From the NCBI RefSeq assembly GCF_009914755.1, contig NC_060926.1: a stretch of 64,000 bases of DNA; one strand, written 5' to 3'. The notes beneath the pieces were generated by a model. That model saw nothing but the letters and a program-made list of their open reading frames with translations. It did not search any database and was not told the DNA's origin. Positions 12,492 through 26,300 of the stretch are shown here, in pieces (positions within the stretch are counted from its first letter, which is position 1; each line of letters opens with the position of its first letter). The translations under genes and the position numbers were made by a program. The stretch comes from the human T2T-CHM13v2.0 reference genome, Homo sapiens.

Positions 12492-15400
12492 TTTTATGAA
12501 AAAAATTTTGAGTACAGGTTGCTCTAATCAACATGTCATTTCGTCACATATGCATATGCTAACATTTGAGATTTTGAGGTCCATTCCTCCTGCACTGTTC
12601 TAATTATGTGGCTCCTATTTAATAACTTAGTTGTCCTCATTTCTGTTTTTTTATACCTGTCACACCTGCCTATTGTAATTCAAATGTCATTCCCTCTTTT
12701 CCTGTCCCCTGTATAAATGGAACACAGCTGTTTCCTGTCACCTGTGCGTACAGTGTCCCTTCATGTACTTGAACCTATCTGTAAGGTCGTATTATGAGGT
12801 ATTACTAGGCCTGAGGATGTACTTATAACTAAGTACATCACATCTCAGCTGTTTTTGGTGTCAGTTTAGAGTATTAAAGACCAGTCTGAGCCAGTTATAG
12901 TCTGACTCTGAGTCCCAGCTGTGTGGATCTTGCACGGATATGCTGTCTTGCATGTAACATTTGTGACAACCTTAAGCTGCTGGTAATGGTGTCCCAGCCT
13001 TGAGGGCAGGTTTAGCCAAGGCCAGTTTACAGTTATGATCATCATTTGATAATGCTTTTCAATTTCTTATTTCAGAGCTGAATGTCTGTGAACCAAACCA
13101 GAACTGTCTCTAGGTACACAGGCAATTTTATTTAAGATTGCAATAAGAAGTAATGTGTTTCTCACTTCCCTTGGATTCACCTGCATTTTTTATTCCAATA
13201 CAACATATGCTCAGCTCTGTACATCTCAGAAACACAACATCTTATCACTCTGTGGGGAAGTTACTCTTTTCCTATTATGTGGCTTCTCTTGTGCTCTACA
13301 ACTTCATTTTGCTCATCTTGTTCTAGAAAACAACATTCTCAGAGGCTTTCCTGAGTTAAGTAATACAATTACATTGGAATAGCTGCAGGATGTGTCCAGA
13401 CTGGAACATGATGCTTGTGCTATGTGAAACAGGGTTGCCGTTATTTTTGCCTGTCTTGCTTAATTAGTACACACACAGCATGACTGGGGTCCAATCCCTA
13501 CCCTGCTTATTGGGTGTAACACCATGAGGTAGAAAGAGCGTCCGTAGAAATTGAGAAAAGAATTTTTTTTTTGTGGTACATAAACAATTAGATGAACGGA
13601 GAGAGAATTATCCAGCACCTGTATTCTCAGAGACTCATCTGATTGCCTTGAAACCCATTATATTGTTTTTCTCCCCCTTCTTTATTGCATTTGGCTACGG
13701 GCGCAGCGGCTGTCTCTTACAACATCTATTGTTTGATTGCATCCGTTGCTTTTAAAAATCCAGGTCTGTGAGCCCAGTTCCAACTTCAAATGGAATTGGT
13801 GCAAAGGGATGGAGACAGCAGATCCTTGCCAGACATGGAATGATGACTCCATTCCAATCGCATTTCCCTTTAATGAGGATCCTGATGCAGCTCTCATTCC
13901 TCTGCAAGTGCCATGCTGCATCCGGGGTAATGGCTGCACTTGATGGATAATTTATGCAAACAGAACACAAACAAGAAGTCATTAAGCCACCCAACGAGGG
14001 TCCTTGACTTTTGCAAAACCAAACAGTTATTCTGATCCTGATGAGTTTAATTTTACTTTTGGTTGAGTACCGATGAATATATTATATTTAAAATAAATAT
14101 AATATTATCAATATTCATGATCAAACTGAATGTCATTTGGTGTTTAGTGTTTTTTTTAAAGAGTGATACACAGAACTTGATTTTCATCGTCACCAAGTAT
14201 TCATATTTAGATCTTTAATCCTATCTTAAGTCTGTTTCTAATGGATTCCAAACATAGCTAGTGAAAAAAAGGAGGAGGAGGGCAATCTATTATTTGGATA
14301 CATGTAAACACCTTTACTTTTCATTTGAATAGTTCTTGTTTGGTATTTGCAGCTCTAGAATGTGTGTAAATGTGAATTTGAGAATTTGACATAAAGAAAC
14401 TATAAAACACTGGACCACATAAAGAATATTGATATTGAATATGATTTGGCTACCTAGTGATAAAAATCCACTTACCAGGAAATTAAAATTTAAAAAAGAA
14501 CTCTTTAGCATGCATAATGCCTTTGTTGTAACTCAAGGGCCATGTAGATGTACAATGTTTTGATGTCAGTTTACATAATATGTTGTGTTCTCGGTGCTTT
14601 CCAGATGCCCAGCAGTTTATTTTAGTAATTTTAATTTTATTACAACAGCATCCAATGATTCGGTTGCTGTACAGCTTCTCCGGGAGCACTCACGTGAAAA
14701 TCATTAAAGCCTAAATGGTCCCGGCAGGTAATCTCACCATCTTTTCATCTTCCATTCCCTGGAAGGTGGCCCCTGTCGATTGTTTAAAGGAAAAGAAACA
14801 CTGTTACATGAGGCACAAATAACAATGCTGCATCCCGATCCCTTTCCTGTAGAGAGGAAAATAGGGCGGTTGTCAGTCTGTGGAGTGGAGGCTTATCTCT
14901 GGGGGGACCTTGCCTCCCAGTATCAAGAGCCACATGGCACCAGCCTCTGGGGTTGACTGAGGCCCTTTAACCCCAGTCAACCCCAGAGGGGACAGGACCT
15001 CCCCACTTGTGATGGACAAGCCTCCCAGACCAGCAGCTGGGGCAGTCAGATCTACTACATCCACCTCCTCTGTCACTTTAGGGTGACATGGGAAATGAGC
15101 TGGCAGGTTGGGTCCCGCAGCTTCAGGAGAAGAGATCTCTTGGGGAGATCATTGTGAAGCAAAAAAGAGGGAGACAGGAGGAGGACTGCAGGGAAGAAGG
15201 GAAGCGAGCTTTCTGAATTGTCAGGCCCCATACTTTTTCCCCAGGGAAGGGGAAAAGGGAAGGAAGGAACTACAAATACACAGTCAAGAGGAGGAATAGA
15301 TCCCTAGGAATAGGACTGGGCAGTGGGCAGGACTTCTTGCGGATGATCAAACAGCAATACACCCTTGACAGCTATAGTTGACGTGAATCGATAGACAGCA

Positions 15401-16069
15401 TCACTGGGTCACCTTGGAAGGAATGCTGGTAGCTACACCCTGAATTCTTGGTTGATGCCAACGATTTCCTACTCCTGGCACCCTTATTCCAAAAATATCT
15501 TAGAGCCTCTGCCAAAGATATAATACTCAGTTTCCACGTCTAGATTTACTAGTTCTATGGGTATGGAGTTTAGGTGTTTAACAAGTCTCAAAGTGGTTCT
15601 GATCTAGACAGCCAGGATCATGTTTTGACAGTCATTGTCTCTGACTCTGAGGTTGGGGGTATTGCAGCTACAGAACTCCCTTCAATCTATAGCTTTGAAG
15701 ACATTTTCATTTAACTTATGAGTCTCTGAGGACAGCTAATTTTCTTCGGCCTCCCTCTCTCGTAATTTTCCTCTTCTCTCAATGCCTTAAACCTTCATTC
15801 AAGAGTTGGAGTGATCTGAATAGGAGATTGTTTTTAGTTTGGCATCCATGCAAAATTCCATCAAGAGTTCTATAGGTAATGTGCCAGTCTGTGCCCCTTG
15901 ACTGTGAGGCTAGAGGCAAGAGACTCAAGTACAGAGAAAATATTCTTTCCTGTTCCATTTGAGAGAGGGGAGATGTTTTCGTATATTAATAGGAAAATGT
16001 TAATGGATTAGGGAGAAAAAACTGGGCCTATCCTTAGGATATGGATATAGCCTAGCCTTTTTTTGTTTT

Positions 16070-16152
16070 GCACATGTATACATATGTAACAAACCTGCAC
16101 ATTGTGCACATGTACCCTAAAACTTAAAGTATAATAATAATAAAAAAAGAAA
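16070..16152 (+). mobile_element. L1PA (PA2-4-like) extreme 3' terminal fragment
   Basis: GCACATGTATACATATGTAACAAACCTGCACATTGTGCACATGTACCCTAAAACTTAAAGTATAATAATAATAAAAAAA. Confidence 0.95.
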
Positions 16153-16214
16153 CCTCATGGTCTGAAATCATGTCTATATTTATCTATTTATCTAGCAATA
16201 CATTATTTGGTCTG

Positions 16215-16637
16215 TTACTGCTGCTGTTACAATCATGTGGCTATATTTCCCAGGCTTTCTTGGTAACTGACATATGAGTGGTTTGGTCAATGGAGACACT
16301 TACAGAAAACTAGAGGTAGGGGAGCAGGGAGAAGCCTTCATTTTTTCATCGTGGCTATACCTCTTCTATGATTCTAGCTCCCCATGGTTTCTCCCTCCAT
16401 AGTTCCAACTTTTACCAGAAAGCTGCTGAACTGGTTTAGGGAACATTACCTTCTCCTTGTGTTCTTTCAGTCTAAGAATGACAGCAACTTTCTGCTGTTA
16501 CTAATCCCTGGGTTGCTTCACTGGTTTTGCTTCTTAGCTCTCCAGTTACGTGTTACAAATTCCCTAATTAATTTCCTCTGCTTAAAATACCTAGAGAGGA
16601 GAGGTTTCTGCTTCCTGGCTGGGTCTTGATTGATTCA
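16215..16637 (+). mobile_element. LTR33-family ERVL LTR (partial)
   Basis: GGTTTGGTCAATGGAGACAC ... AATTTCCTCTGCTTAAAATACCTAGAG ... TTCTGCTTCCTGGCTGGGTCTTGATTGATTCA terminus. Confidence 0.65.
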
Positions 16638-17231
16638 CTGATCACAGGTAGGCACTCCCTTGCATAGAGCTTGATAGCATTTAAGGAAGGTGGGGTGGTG
16701 TAGTATAATGGCTCTGGACTCAAAATGCTGGAATTCGAGTTTTGACTACAGGCAAGGAATTTCATTTCTTTGGGCCTCTGTGAACCTCCAATGTGTAGAC
16801 CCATTCTCGACTTCTCTTTGTCCCCACAATAACTCTCTCACAAAGGGAACAGAATTTAGACTTTAATAGGCTGATTGAGAGCAATAGAAATATCGTGTAT
16901 GATCTGCCTTGTGATATGGCTTATTATAATTACTCATCATAAATGCTCACTATATATAAATACTCATTGTAAGTACTCATTATAAATATAAGCACTCTTT
17001 TATGCTGAGCCCAGGCATAGCTTCACTGACGCTTTTCAACATAATGACCCTGGCAAAGGATAAGATTTGGCAAGCAGGTCGAAACCCATTTTCCACCCAT
17101 GAGTCCAAGTCTTTATTTTTGTTCGGATTCAAAGACTGAAGCCCAGAGCGACTAAATGCTTATCAGATGCAAGGGAAAATACATTTTCATATCAAAATTA
17201 TGTTGACATGTCAGCATAGTAACTCTTTTCT

Positions 17232-17385
17232 TATATATGTGTAAATACACATATATGTATACACACATATATACACATATATGTATGCTTATGTATGCAT
17301 TTTATATATTGTGTATATGTGATATATTTATATATACATACATGTGTATATACACATACATGTATATATGTATACATACATATTT
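17232..17385. repeat. (TA)/(TATG)-rich low-complexity tract
   Basis: Direct reading. Confidence 0.9.
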
Positions 17386-18869
17386 AAAATTATAGAATTT
17401 GTTTCACTTGGGAAGGCAGCTGTGTGTTCATCTAATCCAATACTTTCATTTTATAGGTGTGAAAAATTAACCTCAGTTCCTGAAAATGGGCATGTGTTTA
17501 AGTTCTATGGAGAAGTTGAAGGAAAACAATTAAAATTTTTTTTCTTTCATTTTAAGCTAGCAGTACATCTTTTTTTTTTTTTGTTGGCAAGTAGCCCACC
17601 ACCACTAGATGTGCTATAGTTTTTGTACATTTATTTTGACAATTAAAACACTTAGCAACTTTATGTTTCATTTTTGGAATTTGGGGAATGGAAAAGTTAT
17701 TCTGTCCATTGTCACAGAAAATAGAGGGAACGAGAAACCCATACATGACTTTTAATGTCTCTTAAAATTTGCCATATCTCAAGTCTGGTGAAGTCAGCTT
17801 GTCTTAGGTCCCACTGAAGTTCTATCCTTTGCAGTCCTATAGAGGGGTAAGAGAACAAAAGATGGCAGACAAATATAAAACTTCTGGGATTTCCTTTAGC
17901 GGTTCATTTTTGGCAGAGATGATGGGATTGTAGAATATGTGAAACTCTGTTTTACTTTCTGTAATCTGTCTACCTGATGATTTTTTAAAACGTAAGTGGT
18001 ATAACAGTGATTGCTGTGGATTTCCCATTCATTGTAAAAATGCAAGTGTTTGAACTAAAGAGCAGAGGAGCCGATTTGTTTGGTACATTTCACAGGGACA
18101 GTCCATTCCCCATGTATTTGCTCCAGATGTTGGAGAGCATTAAGGCAGAGCTTTTCAGGAACCCGAGGTTGAGATTTTTCCTTGCAGGTTTGTCCATCCT
18201 GTTATTCGTATGCCATAGGTTCTCTCAAATTCACCCTTCTGCTATATCAATTAAAATCTTTTACTTTCTCTTTTTTTTTGGGGGGGGTGGCGGTGGGGGG
18301 TTGTTGTTGTTAAACTGTGATTGTCTCTGTCTTGAAGCATTTTCACTTAAATGTTTATTGTTCATGATGCACAGCTCCTGAGCCATACCCACCGGAGGGA
18401 GGGAGGAGAAACAGGACATCAATCTCACCAGCTGGGTTTACAGCTTCATTGTCTGGGCTGATTTTATGAGAAGAAAGCGCATGGTGGTGGAAGAGAGAAA
18501 TTGCTAGGGGGTAAACGTGTCCTTTGAAATGCCACTCTTGGCTTCCTGACAAGAAAGAAAAAGCCTATGGTGGATTCGTTCAAGCATCGTGATGGAAAAG
18601 AAGCCAGGGCTGAGTTTTTGGCAGGGAGTTGAATTTTCCCTTCTCACGTAGAGATTAACTTTCATGGAGGGCACCCTCCCTCCCTGTGTGGGAACAGCAT
18701 TATCTATCTGGTAGGCTAAATAGAGGGTTGGATTGTCTGAAGAGCCTCGGGGGCCTCAGCAGGATCTCATTGGCCAAGCAGCTTGATTTGTCATTAACTC
18801 TGCATCCTAATTATCAACCCTAATTCCAAGAGTCCAGTCGGCCCTCCGTTTATTAGTAGTGATCTCAGT

Positions 18870-19100
18870 CATCAACCAGCATCTTGGGTTTAGATTGCCT
18901 GTGTACAAATGTTATTTTTGCTGTCCACCAGCGATGTGAGTTGAGCAAATTTCTCATTATTTAAAATCTCAGTTTCCCTAGCTACAAAATGGGCACAAAA
19001 CTACAATGTATCTCATAGGATTGTGGGGCTTCAGGAAGATCACTTGTGAACAGAAATTTGCACAGTGTCTGACCCATACTAAATGCTTAGTAAATGTTGA
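18870..19100 (+). mobile_element. MIR SINE
   Basis: TCTCAGTTTCCCTAGCTACAAAATGGG ... CTCATAGGATTGTG ... GCTTAGTAAATGTT. Confidence 0.8.
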
Positions 19101-19152
19101 CTTTTTTTTTTTTTTAAAGAGATGTTGCCATGCATGAAAAACATCCTATATG

Positions 19153-19470
19153 GGCCAGACATGGTGGCTCATGCCTGTAATCCCAGCACTTCAGAAGGCC
19201 TACGTGGGTGGATCACTTGAGCCTAGCAGCTTGAGACCAGCCTGGGTAACATGGCAAAACCATCTATACCAAAAATAATACAAAAATTAGCTGAGTGTGG
19301 TGACACGTGCCTGTAGTCCCAGCTACTCCTGAGGTAGAGCGGGAGGAACACTTGAGCCTGGGAGTTGGATGTTGCAGTGAGCCAAGATCATGTCACTGCG
19401 CTCCAGACTGGGCAACAGAGCAAGATTTTGTGACACACACACACATGCATGCACGCACGCATGCACGCAC
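19153..19470 (+). mobile_element. AluJ with tail converted to (CA)/(CACG) repeat
   Basis: GGCCAGACATGGTGGCTCATGCCTGTAATCCC, CACTTGAGCC (J diagnostic), tail ACACACACACACATGCATGCACGCACGC. Confidence 0.93.
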
Positions 19471-20284
19471 CAAAGACATGTTTAGGCAACTCAAGCCATC
19501 TCTTAACCTCTAGGCCTGAAGAATGTTACATGGCAAAGGCAGAAGGGGACTCCCTGGTTGAGTGTTGGAAGTTTGCCTTTCTTTGATTTCCTTCTCATTT
19601 CTGTAGGAAGTGTGCACTCCCTGCTCACAATGGTGAGATGCAGCCTGGTGTCTTTTGCTTGGGAGGCACCTTTGGCTCTGGAGGACTGAGTAAGCCAAGG
19701 GTGCGACCAAAGTATAAGGAAGGACATTTCTGTCTGTTTAGTGCTGACTCTGATGGGATATTGAGGTGTGAGAGGGGTGAAGGAAACCACGAAGTTTCTG
19801 TATTGTCCATCTCAGCTGGGTATCACAGAAAAATAGTAGAGCAGGAGCTCTGTCAGGAGTATCATGAATTCAATGGAACAGCATTTTGGTTTTATATCTT
19901 GAAGATAGTATGTAGTTGTAGAATTGTAGATAGGTAACAAGACCACATCTGACCACATGGTGTGGAAAGTTGGTTAATTTCTGATAAATATGGCCTATTA
20001 ATACCAAACTAGAGAAGTCAGGGCTATGTTCCTACCCACATTTCCACAGTGTTTTTTTAAAAGTACATCTCTTTGAGGGTACACACGTATTTTGCCGAGG
20101 GATAAACTGGGGTATGAAGTCTTGCTGGACACATCACATCTTATTCGTTCATTTAGTAAGTAGTTATTGTGCATGTGTTATGTGTCAGGAAGTGTAGTAG
20201 GCATTGGGGTATGCAGCAGTAAATCAGACAGATGTGGGCCGTGCCCTCACAGAGCTCCCAGCCTCTCACCTCCTCACAGGCAAG

Positions 20285-20751
20285 TGTGGTGTGGGAGTTT
20301 GTTCACAAGATGGCTGCCATCAATCCCTTCCCTCCCTTTACTCAAATGTCACTGCTTTGACCACCAGAACATGGTGGAAGTGATGTTATACCAGTTCGGG
20401 GCCTGGCCTTTAAGGGGACTAATAGGTTCTGCTTTCTTTATTTCCATTTCTCTGGATCTGTGGCTAGTCATTTAAGAAGTCTAACTACCCTGCGACTTCC
20501 ATGCTGTGAGGAAGCCACTTGAAGAGGATGTGTCAGGGAAGAACTGAAGAATCTAACAGATAGCCAGAAACTATGCCACACACATATGGTTCTGGCAAGG
20601 CTATCCCAGTCTTCTCAAGATGTTTGATCTATTCCTTTGTATTCTCACTAATTTCTTGATTCCCCCAGAACCATGAGCATGTTAAAACAGCGGTTGTTTT
20701 GGGCCACATATTTTGGGGTGGCTTGTTAGGCAGCTGTTGATTGTTGGAACA
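20285..20751 (+). mobile_element. MLT1 (G/H-like) MaLR solo LTR
   Basis: TGTGGT...CAAGATGGCTGCC...CCATGCTGTGAGGAAGCC...TTTTGGGGTGGCTTGTTAGGCAGC...GGAACA; flanked by L2 fragments. Confidence 0.8.
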
Positions 20752-21622
20752 CTCAGTGTTTGGTCCATCTTTGATTCCCCAGCCAAGTCCAATGATGAGC
20801 ACATAGTGTGTGCTCAATAAATGTGCTTTGGATTTTAATAAGCTGTGCTTCACTCTTTCCTCACATTTGCACCCTTGCATTTGAGGACCCCCATATTTGT
20901 CCTGAAGAAGAGTCAGACCCAAACTTCCCAGAGAAAAAGTGACACAGAGGCAGAAATTAGGGCATAAACTATAAGGTTTAGGCTGATTCCACAGGATCTG
21001 ATTTCCCCAGACACTCCAAAGATAACCTTGGTCTCTATTCACCTTCCTGCCCACTATGCACCCCTTTCAGAATTTCAAAATTGGCTCAGCCTTTACATGT
21101 GGATTCTTGAAGATGCGGATCTTGAAGATGTACCACATGAGGCTGAGGATGCCTTGCCCCTGTGCTAAGGAAGCTCTGTGTCCTATGTCAATGTATTAGT
21201 CCGTGGGGAGGCATGCTTAGTTCTTCAAACAACCCTCACAGACCTACTTTTGGCCTTGAACTTGGCTGACTCTGAAACTCTCCAACTCTGACTCTCAGCT
21301 TGTCTCTGGTGATGATCTTCATGTTGAGCCAATTGGCTGCTCTGCTCCCTCTGGTTTTTCCAAGTCAACCTTCCTTAGTTCCTGAGATGCCCTCATGTTC
21401 TGTGCCAAGACCTGGTGCTCCCATGAAGTCCTCTGTAGCTTCCCAAAGGAATTTTTCTGCATTCAGAAGGAATAAATTCAGTAACATTTTGCTTTGTTTT
21501 CCCTCTGCTCCTTCCTCTCCCCACAAGTGGGACTTTTCTGCACTCCCTTCCCCATGGTATAAACAATGAGCTCATGATCACATGTCAGGTGCAACGAATT
21601 ATTTTGCTTTGCTTGCAAAATT

Positions 21623-21832
<210 letters not shown>

Positions 21833-22429
21833 TAGATCAGAGATGTGGTGGCTCTCCTGAGCTCAGTATTCACATCTCCAGCTGCCTGCTGTACTACCCT
21901 CTTGGACCTCCTGTGGACCTCTCAAATCCTACATTAACAAAGAAATGATCTCTCTCCTAGTCAACTAAGATTTATACCTTGGACTGGCCTTTACATATTT
22001 TCCTCCCCTTTTTGTCTTTTCACTCTTGTATCTAACCAGCCCTCTGGTCTGCTCATACCTACCTTCTCCATTCCATTGCTACTGCCATTACCTTAGATGG
22101 AGGCTTAATCATAAGGTACTTCTCTTGAAATTCCTCTCTCCTCTCCATGCTACCCACCGTGGATTAGCATTAATGGTCAGATTTAGACTCCAGATATGTA
22201 GCCACCAATGCCGCTACTGATGGGGAGACCCTTTGGTGACTCTCCACTCTTCATTAAGACAGACAATTCACCAGGATCTTTGTGTGTTCAGCTTCATGTC
22301 TCATTCTGCTCTTTACTACAGCAGAGCTGGGCTACTTTGTTTTCAAGCAAGTGCAAGGCTTTTCTGCAGATAGGACTTGTTTGTGAGGTTTCTTTCTCTA
22401 GAATTCCTCTCTTTTCTGAGAGACTATTT

Positions 22430-22740
<311 letters not shown>

Positions 22741-24289
22741 TACAAGCCTATTTACTTTCAAAGACCATCTAAAGTTTACCTCCTCCACCCCACCTCACTT
22801 TGTATAAGACCCCTTCCCCAGTCCATCCACGGTAGCCCTTTCTTTGTCTGAGCTCACAAAGCACTTGGTTGTTTTTGATGGCGGTAAACCCTGGGTTCTG
22901 CATTACAGATATTTGAGCACATCACTGAGACCTGCTAGACTCTAACCTCACTGAGCATAGAGGTTATGCACACAGGCATAGCTGTCCCAATATTTGGGAG
23001 ATTCTGCTTACTTGACCTCAGCTGAGCCCAGACTATCTATTGGCCAAGATGGGTCAAACCTATTACAACAGATCTGTCTCTTCTGTGCTTCTCTCTGTCT
23101 CCCTTGGAGCCCAGCACTTCCATGCACACTTTGCCTTCAGAGGCACTATGCCTGGCTCCTGAGCTTTCCTTTCTCTTTTGACACCTCCAAACTTACCTGT
23201 CCTGCTCTTTTTCCTTACAGTCTCACTCCTTACAGTAACTAACCTTATAAACTAATGTCAGTGAAGGTGATCATAGTAAAAGAATCAGAAAAGATTTACC
23301 ATTTGTTTGTGGGTTCCTTGACTGCTAAATGGATCAATGGTTTTGTTTTTCCCTCTGACACATCCTAGTTCAGGATCTTCACCAAGATGGCCTATTTGTG
23401 TCACTACAACAGGCCTCAGTCTCTTTTCTCCTGTGATTCACTCTCTCAGCCCTGGAATCTTGCGCCTTGCTTCCTGACTAGTGTCAAAACATGGCTGTCA
23501 TCATTTTTGCTCATTTGGAACCTCTGTGACCCTCCGCCGTCACAGGCTGCATCTCAGACTTCTTGATCTATCTCAAGTCTTCCATATACAGATTCCAAGC
23601 TATCCTTGCATTCCTCCTGCTCATAGCTCGCTCCTTGCTTAACTCCTTTGCTTTGGTCAGACTCACTCCCTCATTTATGGTCTCCATCCCTGTGTCTTCC
23701 CCTAATAATGCTCAGAGGTTTCTTGTTTTCCTGACTTGGCTTATGTTTCACCTTCACCCTGGGAGGACTCCCCCCGACCCTCTGCTGCCAGCTCCTCTCT
23801 GCTCATCTAAAGCCATCCCATTCTTGGTGCAGATTTCCTTTTCTCCTTAAGCAGTCCTGGGTCGTTTCCCCTCAGCTCTCTCTCTGGTCTTTGCATGGCT
23901 CTAATCCTCCCCTGCATCACTGTTTGGCAATTAATCATGCACTGGGTTGTGACACTTCTTGTACAGCATTGAGCTGTTATCTCTTGTATATTCTTTCACT
24001 TTTCTTGCATTTATGTCTTACCTCTTTGAGTTCCCTGAGATCACAGAGCATCTCTTTGGCATTCTTTTTTATCCTCCTCAGTGCCTTGCTTGCATGTCAC
24101 AGCTGTCCTATAAATATTTCTATAATATCAAGATTTAACCTTCCTCAGGTGAGCACTACATTTCTTTCATAACAGTCGTCTCTGAGGCTCTAAGCCAAAC
24201 GTGACTATTGTGGACTTTTTCCGATGAATGGGGAGGCAGCGGAAGGGTATATTTTGGCATGTAGAGGCCTTCAGATGTCCTTTAAGTTG

Positions 24290-24555
24290 TGTGTTAATAA
24301 CTGTGACTCACTCATCCTGTGGGCTACCACGCACCAGGCTGTGTGCTGAACCCTCTAATGTAATACTGTTTTAATCCTTACCATAGTCCTATGGGAGTAA
24401 TTACTATCATGATTCCAATTTTACAGATTAGGAAACTGAGGTACAGAGAACTTTCATCATTTTCCTGAGACCCATAGCCCATATATGTGGTGTGCTGAGA
24501 CTTTAAATCCTGTGATCTGACTCCAGAGTGTGAAATTTTAGCCACTATTCATAGC
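24290..24555 (-). mobile_element. MIR SINE
   Basis: ATTTTACAGATTAGGAAACTGAGGTACAGAGA ... TCTGACTCCAGAG. Confidence 0.85.
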
Positions 24556-24985
24556 ACACCTTGACCAATATGCAAAATATCAGTCCTTGTCTGCATACTA
24601 TTATCCCATTTATAAACGACTTTCATACATAGTGTCTTATTTATCTGACTCCACACTCCTATGAAAAATTGGGCACTCTTAACTTATTCTTTATATTCTA
24701 TATTTTATTATTTATATTCTAGATATCATTCCTTCCTATAATCTCACACATTTTATGCTGTCGTTAAAATATAATGCAAGTAACACTTAAATGCATTCTC
24801 ATTGTTAAAAAAAACAATCCAGAGTGCCAAAAAATGCAGGATAAAAAGAAAATTCCACTCTTAACTCACCCCAACCATACGCCCTTCCCTGGAGAGAATT
24901 ACTGCTGTTTCCATATGATACATAACTATCCCTTCACCCCTATGTGTAAGCATGGACAGGTACGTCACATGCACATATGTATACA

Positions 24986-25327
24986 CAGGTTGAGCATCCC
25001 TAATCCAACATCTGAAATCTGAAATGTTCCAAAATCCAAAACATTTTGAGTGCTGACATGAAGTCACAAGTGAAAAATCCCACACCTGACCTTGTGTGGT
25101 GAGTCATGTGTTTCCTGCACAAAATTATAAAAAAAAACCTGCATAAAATCACATTCAATCTCTCTGTATAAGGAATATATGAAACATAAATATATTTTAT
25201 GTTGAGATTTGGGTTCCATTCCCAAGATATCTCATTATGTATTTGGAAACATTCCAGAATATGAAAAAAATCTGAAATTTGAGACACTTCTGGTCCCAAG
25301 CATCTTAGATAAAGGATACTCAACCTG
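24986..25327. mobile_element. Tigger4b-like (TcMar-Tigger) non-autonomous element
   Basis: TIRs CAGGTTGAGCATCCCTAATC ... GATAAAGGATACTCAACCTG, followed by TA. Confidence 0.88.
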
Positions 25328-25963
25328 TATATATCTATAAATACATACACGTATTCATATATATTTTTCCATAAACATATGGAAATTTACAGTTTTCTAC
25401 ATGGAATTTGCTTTTTCTATAAGTGGGAAAATCTTGTCAGTTTTGGCTCTTTGATTTGCTCTTTTTTCCTTTGCAGTTGTCAGTGTGTCTTGAAAATCTT
25501 TCTATGCTTGCACTAATAGATCTCCCTCATGTTTTATCCCAGCGCTAGAGTATTCCCTCTATTGGATGTGCTATGGCTACTTAGTCTTTCCTCTATTTTT
25601 GAATATTTAGATTGTCTTACCTGGAACGATAACCTCAGTTTTGAACTAAGAAGGTATAGCTCCATAAGGGAGCAGTGAGCTATGTCATTTGCACAGCTAG
25701 TTATTAAGGTGGAGCACTTCCGAGCCAGGTGTCAGGATTCTCCCACCCTGTCCATTTCCCAAAGCTGCCTTACAGCTGAGGAAGGCCGTGGCTGAAGCCA
25801 CTCTGTGGGACTCCACAAGGAACTTGAGGTCATCTGCAACAATTCCTCTGGCAAAACTAATTGGTGTCAAGATCACACATCAAAAGACTTCTAACCAAAT
25901 AGCTGCCAGAGATGTATACATAGTTTTATAAAAAAGTGACGGAAGCTTTTCTTCCTGAAATGA

Positions 25964-26300
<337 letters not shown>

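Noticed and set aside
13737-13943. Protein-like ORF (VCEPSSNFKWNWCKG...) after a possible CAG acceptor
   Set aside because: Poor polypyrimidine tract and no recognisable domain; better explained as non-coding element
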